A DNA stretch of 64,000 nucleotides, from contig OZ240241.1 in the NCBI GenBank assembly GCA_965198115.1, positions 5,824,001-5,888,000 on the forward strand, written 5' to 3'. Source of the stretch: Candidatus Latescibacterota bacterium (GTDB lineage: Bacteria > Latescibacterota > UBA2968). Positions 30,729 through 41,676 of this stretch are shown piece by piece. Made by a program: the position numbers and the translations under genes. Position 1 is the first letter of the stretch, and each line of letters opens with the position of its first letter. The notes beneath the pieces are model-generated. The model was given only the letters and a program-made list of their open reading frames with translations, ran no database searches and was not told where the DNA came from.

Positions 30729-31298
30729 TCAGCTCTTGGATGGCAAAGGATGATCAGGGAGCGGTAGGTAGTCGTTATTCGGGTTTTTTGGTGACCTGGC
30801 GTTACTCATTCGAATGAAGCTGAAGTTGAGTGTGGAATGATAAATCGTCTCGCGTAGCTCCCAGAGCTCGTCGAGAATACGGAGCTCAATATCGCCATTG
30901 AGGAGGTTGAGAATCGGTTTATCGATTCAGTCGACTGATGATGGTGTTTCGGTTTTCTCCGACACGTAGACGCCTTCACGTTTGACGAATTCGTAGAAAT
31001 TCCCGAGCTCGAATTCGTATCGGTAGAGAATGGTTGAAAAACATCTCTCGAGCCAATCGCCTTCAATCCCATAGAGGATTTTATCTCGATTTCCACCGAG
31101 GATGTTTTCGATGTCCTCGTCCGTCGTTCCCTGATCCGCCCACCCCGTCACCCGCGGGCAGTCTCTTGGAACGTGAAACTTGTAGCTGCGCGCCTCATCG
31201 ATCGCCCAGACGACGTTCTTGCCGATGTCAGACCGGGGCGCCGGATGTGGCACGAATCGCTCGATCTCGCTTTCCTCAGAGAAGTGGTAGACTTTCAT
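30729..31298 (-). pseudogene. DUF6886-like protein with in-frame TGA at 30927-30929
   Basis: YHFSEE..IERFVP, VWAIDE, PRDCPRV; after the TGA the frame continues IELRILDELWELR...STLNFSFIRMSNA, matching the recalled family C-terminus. Confidence 0.65.
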
Positions 31299-31542
31299 TG
31301 TCTTGCCGCGCTTATCGTGTGGGCTGGGAATGCGGACTTTCGATTTATTGACTGACAGCGCATCAAGGGCCCATCTCGATGACCGACACTTCGACTCGCG
31401 CTCAGTGTGACGGTGTTTCTGCCAACCATCTATCTGGTAATGCATCGGCTCCGTTTGGTGTTATTCCCTGTCACTCCGTGTGACCTGTGTGGTCTGTGGT
31501 TCCAACCTCAGTGATCTCAGTGTCCTCAGTGGCGCCTTTCGT

Positions 31543-32718
31543 TTATTCGGAATCCGGACGCAAGTCCATCGCGAGGTCCCGAAAATTCCTCACGCGATGG
31601 AAGGTCGCATAGTCGGCGTCGTGTCTATTCGGCGCGTCGACGCTGGAGCGTGAGATGATGCCCAGGTCATCGTCGTCGATGACGAGCTTGGGGTACATGA
31701 ACGACTGCGAGAGCTTGCCGGCTCGTGCCACGCATCCGGCCGGGAACCAGTTGAGTCCGTCGACGCCGTAGTAGAGCATCAAGAACCGTCGATCGTTTGA
31801 GCCGCGACCGGGCCTGCCCTCCTCGGTGTGCCAGCCGAGCGCATCCTGGCCATCGGCCGCCAGGTTCAGAACCGCCCAGAACATCCTTGAAATGTCGTCC
31901 CAGACGATGTCGAACTTCAGCTGACCGCCCGGCATCGGATGGTACTGCCTGAATGACAGATCTACCGTTTCACCGTCGTCAGTGATGTCGAACACCGCGC
32001 ACAGGCCAGTCGTCGTCTGTCTCTTCGGCTTTACCGCGGCGAGGATGCGCAGACGACCTTCGATGTCGATCACGTTCGGCTCAAGGTAGCGGCTGGGCAA
32101 ATCGGCGAAGGCGCTGTTGATGAGCTGATCGGGTATTCCGGGATAAGGAACGGTATTGGACATTCGCCAGGATGCGGGGTCCATCAGATCTCCCGAAAGG
32201 TCACCCACGACGACGCAGGGCCCGCGCTCGTTCTCACCTGGGCTCAAGTCGTCGGTCGCCCAGTAGAGGCGACCATCCCTCTTCACCATACTGGTGTGAC
32301 AGTTCCAGTAGTGACCTTCGAAAAGCGTGACCGGCTCGGACCAGCTGCTGCCACCGTCCTCGCTGCGCAGGAGAAGGAAATCATCGTTCCGGAACGTCCT
32401 TCCCCCTTTGTTCACGAAGAGGTAAAGTGCGCCATCGTACTGCCACGGAGCGACGGCATAGTAGGGTAATGCGGTGACGGGCTGCCAGGAGGTGCCATCA
32501 TCTCTGCTGCGAACGATGTGCACCCGACTACCGCTTACCCGCTGCTCGCCGAGCGCCTCTCTGTCGAAGCAGTCGGTCCGCGGGGTCACCGCCACGGTTG
32601 CGACCCATTCGTCTTTCGCGAGACGCACCAGCCCGGGACTGTCCACGAAAAACCGGCGGTCCGTGTTGTGAAAGACCACCGTGTAGTCCTGCGCGAGCGA
32701 TGCCGCCGAATTCGTCAT
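31543..32718 (-). CDS. BNR/Asp-box sialidase-like beta-propeller protein
   Basis: Asp boxes SRDDGTSW, SEDGGSSW, GVDGLNW. Confidence 0.7.
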   Translation of the reverse strand: MTNSAASLAQDYTVVFHNTDRRFFVDSPGLVRLAKDEWVATVAVTPRTDCFDREALGEQRVSGSRVHIVRSRDDGTSWQPVTALPYYAVAPWQYDGALYLFVNKGGRTFRNDDFLLLRSEDGGSSWSEPVTLFEGHYWNCHTSMVKRDGRLYWATDDLSPGENERGPCVVVGDLSGDLMDPASWRMSNTVPYPGIPDQLINSAFADLPSRYLEPNVIDIEGRLRILAAVKPKRQTTTGLCAVFDITDDGETVDLSFRQYHPMPGGQLKFDIVWDDISRMFWAVLNLAADGQDALGWHTEEGRPGRGSNDRRFLMLYYGVDGLNWFPAGCVARAGKLSQSFMYPKLVIDDDDLGIISRSSVDAPNRHDADYATFHRVRNFRDLAMDLRPDSE

Positions 32719-32888
32719 TGATCGTTCCCTTCCGTTCGACCGGATTCCAGCCACTGGGTTTCATTCACGGTCAGCACTGTCCCATCAAAAGGTAGGGCTT
32801 CCCTCGAACCCCATTCCGGTAGGGCCTCGGAGTTTCGATCTGCTTCCAAACCTCCGTGTCCTCTGTGTTCTCAGTGGTTTTAGGGTTT

Positions 32889-34460
32889 TCAGCACCGCAG
32901 CCGAAGTCCCTCTTGCGACATCCATCGCTTGAGAATACGCTGCGATCGTTTGAGCAGCCGGAGATAAGCGGTGTTCAACGTCTGCTGCTTCGCGCTCTTC
33001 GCTTTACCGACGGGAGCGATGTTGTAGCGCCCGCGCACCTGCGTCACCGCCTTGCCCTTCACGTCGACGGCAATGGTCATCACTGGGTGTCGCTCTCGGT
33101 TTCCGTCGACTGCCTGCAGCGACCAGATGGAGGAGCGACCTTTACGGCAGTTTTTGGCGTAGGTCGAGACGCAGTGTTTCATCGCACGACCTTCGCATAT
33201 GAGCTCGCGACTGCTGACCAGTTCCTGGACCATCCAGGTGATGGTTTCTCCGGTCTGGGGAACGTCCTCCTGGATGCGCAGAGGACGAAAACCGGATCGA
33301 TCCCAGGTGATCGGTGCTTTTCGTCCTCGACCGAGATCCTCCTCGGCCTCGATCTCTTGGCCCAGCTCGCCGTGCCATTCTTCCATCTGATCGAGGAGTT
33401 TCTCCACGCTGCGGCCCTTGACCGAGAAGTTGGACTGACGCGGCCCGAGTCGCTGAACCTGACCTCCCGGACGGACGATTTCGCGGGGTGCAAACTTCGT
33501 GTTGTGGATGAAGTCGATGATGGGGTCGACGAGCGACGGATCGACCATCGGATTGTTGACGAGGAACGTGAGTACGGTTTCCCAGAAGTCCTCGTGCTGA
33601 AAATTCATGCCGAGACGCGAGCTCATCACCGCACGGGCGAGGGATTCGCTGCCGCCCTGGCCGACAATCTGGCCCCACCGTAAGGCACGCTCGACCGGAA
33701 GCCCATCGGGCGCGTGGGCGAAGCAGTGGGCCATCATTTTTGTCAGTCTGACGGGAATGTCGGCCGTACGGATGTTCTGCCCATCCCCCATATGGCGGAA
33801 CCAGATCTGCTGCTCGCGTGCGAGTTCCTCGTCTTCGCGAAACCAGGCTGCGTCCATCAAGAACGGGACGTCATAGGTGGCCAGGAGATGTCGTGCCAGG
33901 TGGTTGAATTGGCGCCGAGTGTTGTGGCTGTTTGGACGCCAGTGGGCAATCGGCCGGACCCACGCCTTGTGGTGTCGGGCGAGCATCCCGATGCCTTCGA
34001 TATACGTATTCCCCGGTGTGGGTCCGAAGAAGGGTATGGCGGGATCGAGCCCGAACAGGGATCCGAATCGCTCGATGTGGATCAGCAGTTCGTGTAGGGC
34101 TCGACGTGTCTCGTCATCCGCCGTGCCCTCGAAGAGGAGGCGAATCTTCTCGAGATATTCAGCGCCAACATCATCGCGGCCGATGCTGCCTCGGTAGAGC
34201 CCGGTGATGGTGTTCTGAGGATGGCGCGTACCACGTCGCCTGCGAGAGAGCGCGGTCTGACCGCGAAGCTTGTCCGCCAGGCCTCGCTCTTTCTTGCGGA
34301 GAGCGGCGCTTTTGTGAAGGTCCTTGCTGAAGCCGTGCTCGACGCACCAGGTCCGGTACTCGTACTCTGAAGAAAGACCGAGCTCCTTGATGTGTCGCTG
34401 GAACTGGCGCGCTTTGAGCGCGTGGTCGTGTGAGCGAGTTCGTTTGGGTCCGCGGGGCAT
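32889..34460 (-). CDS. PcfJ-like domain protein
   Basis: ELICEGRAMKHCVSTY ... SSIWSL ... TIAV ... QVRGRYN C-terminal motif; YDVPFLMDAAWF. Confidence 0.75.
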   Translation of the reverse strand: MPRGPKRTRSHDHALKARQFQRHIKELGLSSEYEYRTWCVEHGFSKDLHKSAALRKKERGLADKLRGQTALSRRRRGTRHPQNTITGLYRGSIGRDDVGAEYLEKIRLLFEGTADDETRRALHELLIHIERFGSLFGLDPAIPFFGPTPGNTYIEGIGMLARHHKAWVRPIAHWRPNSHNTRRQFNHLARHLLATYDVPFLMDAAWFREDEELAREQQIWFRHMGDGQNIRTADIPVRLTKMMAHCFAHAPDGLPVERALRWGQIVGQGGSESLARAVMSSRLGMNFQHEDFWETVLTFLVNNPMVDPSLVDPIIDFIHNTKFAPREIVRPGGQVQRLGPRQSNFSVKGRSVEKLLDQMEEWHGELGQEIEAEEDLGRGRKAPITWDRSGFRPLRIQEDVPQTGETITWMVQELVSSRELICEGRAMKHCVSTYAKNCRKGRSSIWSLQAVDGNRERHPVMTIAVDVKGKAVTQVRGRYNIAPVGKAKSAKQQTLNTAYLRLLKRSQRILKRWMSQEGLRLRC

Positions 34461-34549
34461 CTTTCAATGTCTCCTCGCTTGGGTCAATATAGTCCTTCCT
34501 ATCGTAGAACAAGCCTGAATCGAGGAGAATGCTGGGTACCGTACACACG

Positions 34550-34712
34550 AAAAGCACCCTCGACTCGATCGCTACTGGCGGACCTCTGGCGGTGGACCAC
34601 GAGCTCGATTGACGAGTGGGTGCTTCATTTGCCGTGCCTCGTACAGGGCAACGGCGTCGTCCGAAATGTCAGTAAAGCCGTGCTATGTGAAGCCGAGGTA
34701 CATCGTCTCTCC
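34550..34712 (-). promoter_or_regulatory. Putative leader-peptide attenuator (uORF MYLGFT plus terminator hairpin) upstream of the PcfJ-like gene
   Basis: AGGAGA SD, ATG 34703 to TAG 34683; long hairpin AAGCACC...GGTGCTTTT at 34550-34625. Confidence 0.55.
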
Positions 34713-34789
34713 TATGTATGGGGTTCTGGCTGACAACACGCTGTAAATATAGAATAGGAATCCAGAATGACAACCGGATTGCAAAAGGT

Positions 34790-35263
34790 TCAGGGAGATC
34801 GCTCCGTCGTCCTCAGCTGCATCAATTCCCGATCACCACGGTCTTCGACGACCTCGAAACCGAGCCGTTCATAAAGACGCTTTGCGTGTGGATTGTCTCT
34901 CTCCACTTCGAGAGTCAGCGGTAGGCCTTCCTCTTGTGCTTCGTCTATGAGCTGCCGCATCACACGCGTGTCGATGCCCTTGCCTTGATGAGCCGGCAGG
35001 ATCTGGATGCCTGCAACGTGGATCGCATCTCCCGGCCGAATCAGACGAAGTCTTCCCGTGGGTCGACCTTCGTACTCGATGACGTGCGTGACGCTATCCC
35101 TGACTTTCCCCTCGACTTCGTTTCTGGCTGATTGTTCGGTCTGCAGAGCGAATGTATCGGCGTCCCAATCGTCCCTGGTACAGAGACGTTCCTCGTTCGC
35201 CAGGATGTTCACTGTGGTCAGGAATCCGATGTCTTCCTTGCTGGCCGGTCGGGTCTTCAGCAT
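34790..35263 (-). CDS. GNAT N-acetyltransferase
   Basis: IQILPAHQGKGI, NPHAKRLYERLGF. Confidence 0.88.
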   Translation of the reverse strand: MLKTRPASKEDIGFLTTVNILANEERLCTRDDWDADTFALQTEQSARNEVEGKVRDSVTHVIEYEGRPTGRLRLIRPGDAIHVAGIQILPAHQGKGIDTRVMRQLIDEAQEEGLPLTLEVERDNPHAKRLYERLGFEVVEDRGDRELMQLRTTERSP

Positions 35264-35730
35264 CAGCTTGCAGGTCGCATTCGCGTGGTCGTCCGCTCAT
35301 CGACGGTTTCGCCCGAGCCGCCGAATTCAGCGGGCAGGCCCACGAACTTCGGCAGCCCATCACAGAGGTCTAGCACAGCCTCGTCACAATGGATGTGGAA
35401 GCTTGCATCGTGGACATAGCCCGACCCGGCCAGAACCATCGCGTAGATGACGGTTCGCTGCGGACCCACCTTGTTCATCAGACTCGAACCACATTCTCTG
35501 CACCAATGTCGGTGTGTTGTGGATCCTTTATACCCGACGAGCAACTCCTCCCCTTTCGTGATGCGGATCGCGTCGTTGCTCCGGACCGCCCAGGCGTTGA
35601 TCGGAGCTGCGTGCCAGATCCGGCAGTCTTCGCAGTGACAGTATCCCGCGCCGCGGGGTAGCCCAGTCACTTCGACCGTGACCTGCCCACAGAGACAGCT
35701 GCCGTGATAGGTCGGTACGTCTTTAGGCAT
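35263..35730 (-). CDS. GFA/CENP-V family zinc protein
   Basis: GSCLCG, CHCEDCR, CRECGSSL. Confidence 0.9.
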   Translation of the reverse strand: MPKDVPTYHGSCLCGQVTVEVTGLPRGAGYCHCEDCRIWHAAPINAWAVRSNDAIRITKGEELLVGYKGSTTHRHWCRECGSSLMNKVGPQRTVIYAMVLAGSGYVHDASFHIHCDEAVLDLCDGLPKFVGLPAEFGGSGETVDERTTTRMRPAS

Positions 35731-35857
35731 TCGTATCCTTCCTTTCTGCGATCGGGCGATCGTCTTAGGCGAAAGTGAAAGCGAACGACCGCAAGTCGCT
35801 TTATCTTGTATTCCTCATTGACAACAAACTGGAGTGTGAAACTTGACCGGAGAGACC

Positions 35858-36847
35858 ATGGACACCCCACGTCACCCCTGCTCACAGGCTTTGCCGGAAG
35901 ATCTGGACATCGGTGAGGCTTGTGTGTTCAAAGACCCGGACTTCACCAACGGTGAGACGACTCTCAGCGACGCAGAGGTTGCGCACTTCAAAGAACAAGG
36001 TTTCGTCGTGAAACGCGGGTTGCTCGACGAGGGCGAGACGTTCCAGCGAGTTGTCGATTACGTTTGGGAGAACGTACCTCGAGGGATGTGCAAGCGCGAT
36101 GACCCCGAGACGTGGTTCGCCGCATTGGGTGAAGATTGGACAGAGGAAGACGAGAGAGCACTCGGGCCGATCAAGCACGGTGGCTGGAGGATGCGGTCTC
36201 GAGACGGCATCGGGACCGAACCGTTTCTACGCGACAAGATCGGGAACCATCCGCAGATGCTGGGAACGGTGTCCCGGTTCACGGGCACCCCCGTCAAGCG
36301 TCTAAGTCGGGTGCGAGGGGTCTACAGCAAGTTTCCACACCTTCCCGGCACGGTTGGTAAACTGGCTCCACACGCGGACCATATTGCGTCGCAGCTTTCC
36401 GCGATGGTTCTCGTGAATGAGGTTCCTCCACGATGCGGCGGCTTCACGATCTGGCCCGGCTCCCACCGTCTCCTGCACTCGCACTGGGATACGGTGTTCG
36501 GAAGTGGCATTGGCCCTGATCGTCAGGATAGTTTTCGAGAAGCTCGGGACTCAGCGCTGAGGGAAATCACTCCCCTGGAGTTTCCGGGCAGTTCAGGCGA
36601 CGTGGTCTTCTGGCATCCTCGACTGATTCACTCGACGGGGATCAATCATTCGGTCGAACTGGGTCGTCCTATCCTGCGTCTGGTCGTGCCCTGCGATTAC
36701 CAGCGCGATGGCGGAACCTGGTTCGACGATATGGAGTTCGGCCCGGGATCGGACCGGCAGTGGTGGATCGACACACGCAATTTCCGCGAAGACGTGCCGG
36801 CCACGGCTGACAACCTCTGGGACGGGTGGGCGTTTGAAACTGGTTAG
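35858..36847 (+). CDS. Phytanoyl-CoA dioxygenase-family protein (HxD)
   Basis: FKEQGF, PHAD, GGFTIWPGSH, GDVVFWHPRLIH. Confidence 0.82.
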   Translation: MDTPRHPCSQALPEDLDIGEACVFKDPDFTNGETTLSDAEVAHFKEQGFVVKRGLLDEGETFQRVVDYVWENVPRGMCKRDDPETWFAALGEDWTEEDERALGPIKHGGWRMRSRDGIGTEPFLRDKIGNHPQMLGTVSRFTGTPVKRLSRVRGVYSKFPHLPGTVGKLAPHADHIASQLSAMVLVNEVPPRCGGFTIWPGSHRLLHSHWDTVFGSGIGPDRQDSFREARDSALREITPLEFPGSSGDVVFWHPRLIHSTGINHSVELGRPILRLVVPCDYQRDGGTWFDDMEFGPGSDRQWWIDTRNFREDVPATADNLWDGWAFETG

Positions 36848-36859
36848 ACGTCGGAGTTC

Positions 36860-37817
36860 TCAGCTCGAAACGGGCCCCTCCCGACGAAAGATCTCCTGCG
36901 CCAGGTCGAACACCCGACGGTTCGGGTAATCTCCATCCGCAACATTCAGTACACCGTCGACCTGCTCAACCGAATTCAATCCCACGATCAGACTCGTCAC
37001 GATTGGGTGGCATAGGCTGAACTTGATGGCGAAGGTCGTCCAGGATAGGATCTCGATTCCCAGATCGGCCTCCAGGATGGCTAGTCGATCGTACGCTGCA
37101 TCCCACTGCTCTTCGTGGTAACGATCGTCCGAGGGAAGATCGGCCCTTGAAGACCGGCGATCGGTAAGCAGCCCTCCCATAAACGGACGGATGCAGAAGA
37201 AGCCTTGTCCGTTCGTTTCCATCTGCGGGAAGTATTCGGCCATCTCCATTTCGATCGGGTTGTAGTAGGCGACCATTCCGTCGAACGTGCTCGATTTCAG
37301 TGCCTCCCCGGCGAAACCAGCCGTGTAGGGGAAGGTTGTCAGGTAGCCGGCCTTGCCCTCTGCTTTGAGCTGGGCGAAGCATTCGAGCATTGCCTCGTTC
37401 GTTCTGGCGATGTCCGGAATACGACGATCGTCCTCGTTCGGCCGGGCGCGCTGGAGGTGTTGCAGTACGTCGATGCGCTCCGTGTGAAGATCACATAGAG
37501 CTTCTTCCACACGGAGCCGAAATTTCGCTGCGTCAAACTTCCCGCCGTCGTCGAAGTCGGGAACAGGTACCTTGATAATGTGGTGCAGATCGTGGCGCTT
37601 GGGATGGTCTTTCAGCACGCGGCTCATCGCCCAGCGCGTGTTGTACTCATAAGCTGGAGTGGATGAAGTTGACGCCGCGGTCGATGGCGTGCTCCAGCGC
37701 ACGCTGCCCCTCCTGAGAGACAATGTCTTCGCCCGGAGATTTAGCCGAGAATCGCATCGGGCCGAAGCAGATTTCCGAGACTTCGAGATCAGTGTTGCCG
37801 AATCTTCGGTAATGCAT
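36860..37817 (-). pseudogene. Aldo/keto reductase with one frameshift
   Basis: MHYRRFGNTDLEVSEICFG...GVNFIHSS from ATG 37817; an extra T near 37651 shifts into YEY...IDVLQH. Confidence 0.8.
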
Positions 37818-37829
37818 GGGTTCCTTTCG

Positions 37830-38107
37830 TTCGCGAGACAGTTCAACTCAAGGGGCAGCACAACGTCCCGGCCGTATCAGGCGCAGGCGTCCAACCGAGT
37901 TCCCATCGAATTCGACCGAGTGGGTGACGCTGTTCGCGACGTGACCGGCCACTTCCTGGATCGCGGATTCTCTGGCATTCTCCTCGAAGGTTTGAGCGTC
38001 CCAACCCTCCTGAACAGACAGCCGGCTCTCGTTGGCCAGCACATTGACCCGAGCCAGGAAGTCAACGTCGTCTTGGTGGAAGGCCGAATGTTCAGTCGAT
38101 CGGTCAT
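37830..38107 (-). pseudogene. Truncated, frameshifted GNAT paralog of 34790-35263
   Basis: VNVLANE.RL...SVTH..EFDG...GRLRLIRPG, then loss of the acetyl-CoA-binding half. Confidence 0.7.
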
Positions 38108-38206
38108 CAGGTGCGATCAGGGAGTGTGCTGACGGCTCTCGGGAATTAACTTCCTAAAGTCCTTTTCAGATCGTGAGTCTAAAGCGGAACTACAGCGGAG
38201 CCGACC

Positions 38207-38553
38207 ATGAACACAATCGAAAATATCACCCCTATCCTCTACGTTGCAGATATGGAGCGCAGCCTTCGATTCTACGTCGATCTGTTAGGCTTCCAGACGC
38301 CGAGTGGGGAGATGACAAGTTCACCGGCATTTCGCGAGACGGTTCCAGCATCCTGCTGTGCAGAGAGGGCCAAGGCCATGCCGGGACCTGGATCTACGTC
38401 GGTGTGGCGGATGCCCGGGAAGTGTGTGAGGACCTATCGGCAAAGGGCGTGAAGATCGTTCAGGAGCCGACGAATAAAGCCTGGGTGCTTGAGGCCTGGG
38501 TCGAGGATCCAGACGGTCACGTCCTGCGATTCGGCTCCGAGCCGGAGGAGTGA
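38207..38553 (+). pseudogene. VOC/glyoxalase-family gene with one frameshift
   Basis: ITPILYVADMERSLRFYVDLLGF in one frame; WVEDPDGHVLRFG in another; shift near 38297. Confidence 0.8.
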
Positions 38554-38559
38554 AGCGAA

Positions 38560-40188
38560 TCAATCCACACGGCGGTTGACGACACCGCCCGTTCCTCCGT
38601 CGATCACGAGATCACCAATCGTCTCGGCACGATGCACGCTTGTAGCGGTCCACTCGAAACGGCAGGAAGATCCTGCCTCGAGGTGTCCGGCTTCTATACG
38701 TCTTTCCGTGACGTGGACATCATCTTCAGGATCGAGCTCGATGTACACGGAACGCACCCTGTCGAGCGCTTTCCCCCGGTTGGTGACGTGTGTCGGCAAG
38801 TTGCCCTGATTGGCGATGCCAAGGCTGATGCGACAGGTCGTGTCATCGATGCGGTTGACCTCCAGCGAGTCGATGACGACATGCGGATGTCTTCCCGCCA
38901 GCTCGAGCGTGAAACGGTGACATCCTTCGAGCATCTCTTCCAACGCTGATACGAGCGGGTTGTCCCACGCCGTGTAGTGCCATCCACCGATTTCGACCTC
39001 TCCCAACTGCGGATGATCGAACTCGTGCCAGGACTCGAACAGGGGTTCTGGCTGACCTCGTTCATCCCACCACGCCAGAAGACGGCGGTTCCATCGATCT
39101 GCGTCGCCGTCTTCCCATCTCAGCCACTCCTCGGTTGTGAGACCGGCGTTATTCGTGACCGTGCCCAGCTCCAGCTCGAGTCCGAGGACCCCCAGATGAT
39201 GATAGATGGTGTCGAGAGAGTGCCCGCCCTTGCCCGGATTGTCCTTTGTGACGAGCGGTAGGATATGGGTGCCCGTATGCTTCACGCCGATCTGGGCTAG
39301 TTCCTCGATCAAACGGTCGTCCTCCGGGTCGAGATCGTCTCTCGATCCGCTGGCAGGAGGGCGAATGACGGAGGCGTGGCCGCAGTGATAGCCCAGAATG
39401 GCAAAGATACGGGAATGTGAGAAGAGGAAGTCGGCGAAGTGACGTAGCTCGAGCTCACTGAAGGGATAGTCTCCGGCACCGATCTGTTCGGGACGCCAGT
39501 TGTAGGGCCAGTTCCGATTCCAATCGAATGTACGGCCACCGGCGAGCTCACGCGTCGAGGGGATGAACGATTGCAGACCCCCTTGGAGGATGTGGTCGCC
39601 GCCATCCCAATCGAATACGTAGCCTTCGGGAAAGACGCGGTAGTAAGGGCCGGGCGAGTCCGGCTGGCGTTTGACGAGCAATCTGGGTTCTTCTGGATCG
39701 ACAATGAGCCCGCCGATCGGATGCTCTTGACGAATGGTCAGGATGAGTCCGTCGTCATTGATGTCTTCGGGATAGACCACGTTCGCTTCGCGGTTGTCGA
39801 AATCCGTGCGGCTGCGGACACGCGTGGAGGTCGCAATACAGAATTCAGATGCGTCAGGGCAGAGGCGGGGGACGATGTAGAACGCCACACGACTCAGCAA
39901 ACCATTGGATTCGTGATCCTGAAGCAGTCGGAGGGCGGTATAGAGCGGCGCGTGAGCGGAGGCCGGTTCGTGCGCATGGATGCCCCCGTGAATCACGAAC
40001 GCCGGCCGATTCTCGGCTTTGCCGCTCGTGAAATCCGTGAGGGTCAGGAGTTGGATCGCACGACCTTCACGAGACGATCCGATCGATCCTAAGTGGCAGA
40101 GATCGGGATAGGCATCTGCCAACGAGGCGCAGAACGCATCGATCTCGGCGTAGGTGTAGAAGTGATCGTATTGGATCTCAGGTTTCAC
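38560..40188 (-). CDS. M14 zinc carboxypeptidase-family protein
   Basis: IGSSREGR, GIHAHE, DWNRNWP, YPFSELE, GYH; GTG start inferred. Confidence 0.85.
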   Translation of the reverse strand: MKPEIQYDHFYTYAEIDAFCASLADAYPDLCHLGSIGSSREGRAIQLLTLTDFTSGKAENRPAFVIHGGIHAHEPASAHAPLYTALRLLQDHESNGLLSRVAFYIVPRLCPDASEFCIATSTRVRSRTDFDNREANVVYPEDINDDGLILTIRQEHPIGGLIVDPEEPRLLVKRQPDSPGPYYRVFPEGYVFDWDGGDHILQGGLQSFIPSTRELAGGRTFDWNRNWPYNWRPEQIGAGDYPFSELELRHFADFLFSHSRIFAILGYHCGHASVIRPPASGSRDDLDPEDDRLIEELAQIGVKHTGTHILPLVTKDNPGKGGHSLDTIYHHLGVLGLELELGTVTNNAGLTTEEWLRWEDGDADRWNRRLLAWWDERGQPEPLFESWHEFDHPQLGEVEIGGWHYTAWDNPLVSALEEMLEGCHRFTLELAGRHPHVVIDSLEVNRIDDTTCRISLGIANQGNLPTHVTNRGKALDRVRSVYIELDPEDDVHVTERRIEAGHLEAGSSCRFEWTATSVHRAETIGDLVIDGGTGGVVNRRVD

Positions 40189-40393
40189 GCAACACCACAA
40201 AAGCTTGGGGAACCACAGAACACACGGACTACACAGAAGGAAAACCAAGACAAACCACGAACCACCTGCGCCAACAACTCCGCTAAGGCTACGGGTGCGT
40301 CAGGAGACTACGGCGAGGAATCACGAAACACACGGAATCGACGACACTGTCACGGGACAAAGCGACACGCCTGCTCGCCGCCTGTCTCTGGCT

Positions 40394-41497
40394 TTACAGG
40401 GTCTGTGCCCGCAACCGCTCTTCGTCGATCTCCAGGCCGAGTCCAGGTCCGTCTGGAACGACGATATGTCCGTCTTCGTACTGGATGCGCTCTTTCACAA
40501 TCTGTTCTTCGTAGACGACCGGACCGGCGGGATAACAGGGGAAGTCGATGTTCGGCAGCGATGCGGCGAGGTGGGCTCGGCCGGCTGTGCCGATCGACAT
40601 TTCGACGGTGCTGCCCATCAAGGCCTTCAGGCCGAAGATTTCGACGAGGCCGAATACTTTCTGAGTGGCCGTGATGCCGATGTAGCCAGGACCGATGTTG
40701 AAGACGTCGACAGCGTGATGACGCGCGAATCGCTCGGCGAGGTCGTATTCGGACAGATGCTCGCTGATGGGGATGTCGACCGCTTCGCGAACGGCGACGA
40801 AGTTTTCGATCGGGCTCGTGGCTCGGCCTTTGACGGGTGACTCGACGATGTTCGGGTTGAAGACGGCGAATCGGTTGATGATTTCGATGGCTTCGTCGAC
40901 TTCGAATCGCCCACTCGCGTCGAGGGCGTTGATCTCGACTTTGTCTCCCCACCGCTTCCGAAGCTCGCTGAGGAACTTCTCGTCGAGGGCGAGGTCCGCC
41001 CCGAAGTAGTAGCGGATCGTGGGGTGGCCCAGCTCCTGGATCCACTCGATGCGGGCGAGGTTCGCGTCGACATCAGCAGGCACGCTGCACGGCTTGATTG
41101 GATAGGCGAAGGGGATTCGGGCGCGGAACTTCCCGCCCAACAGTTGGTAGACAGGCACGTCCAATGCTTTTCCAATCGCATCGTGCAGTGCGATGTCCAC
41201 GCCGCACGTCACCTGATGCTCCCACTTCTGCTGGTAGAGCTCGACCTGGATTGCCGTCAGATCGAACGCGTTCTTCCCGACCAGGACGGCAGAGAGACGG
41301 GCGTCTAGGTCTTTCAGCGCGGAGGGCGTCGGTTTGAAAGTGATATCCGACATCTCGCCCAGCCCCGTGATTCCCTCATCGGTGTGAAGGAACAGAATCA
41401 CGTGCTCCGAAATGGACTTCTCCGGATCCGATGGCCCGGCTTTGCCCATCTCACGCGTCGCGAACACCGGTATTAGTTCAAGCTCTGTGATTTTCAT
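40394..41497 (-). CDS. Enolase-superfamily dehydratase, galactarate dehydratase II-like
   Basis: HTDEGITGLGEMSD, R-x-Y dyad (IRYYFG), VESP, ISEH, GSTVEMSIGTA, PAGP; closely parallels the recalled Oceanobacillus GalrD-II sequence. Confidence 0.75.
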   Translation of the reverse strand: MKITELELIPVFATREMGKAGPSDPEKSISEHVILFLHTDEGITGLGEMSDITFKPTPSALKDLDARLSAVLVGKNAFDLTAIQVELYQQKWEHQVTCGVDIALHDAIGKALDVPVYQLLGGKFRARIPFAYPIKPCSVPADVDANLARIEWIQELGHPTIRYYFGADLALDEKFLSELRKRWGDKVEINALDASGRFEVDEAIEIINRFAVFNPNIVESPVKGRATSPIENFVAVREAVDIPISEHLSEYDLAERFARHHAVDVFNIGPGYIGITATQKVFGLVEIFGLKALMGSTVEMSIGTAGRAHLAASLPNIDFPCYPAGPVVYEEQIVKERIQYEDGHIVVPDGPGLGLEIDEERLRAQTL

Positions 41498-41535
41498 CGA
41501 ATAGCCCAATCTTTAGAAATTCTATGGAAGAACAA

Positions 41536-41638
41536 TGTCATCCCGGCAGGCTTCTGAGCCGGGATCCATTTTCGAGCGCGCTCGATTGACGAGGACGCTC
41601 ATACGATGGACCCCGGCCTAAGAGCGTACGGGGTGACA
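41536..41638. repeat. REP doublet (TGTCATCCCGG family)
   Basis: TGTCATCCCGGCAGGCTTCTGAGCCGGGATCCA...TGGACCCCGG...GGGGTGACA. Confidence 0.75.
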
Positions 41639-41676
41639 GATCTCTCCTTCATCCCTGCGGGCCCTGCGTTTCGCTT

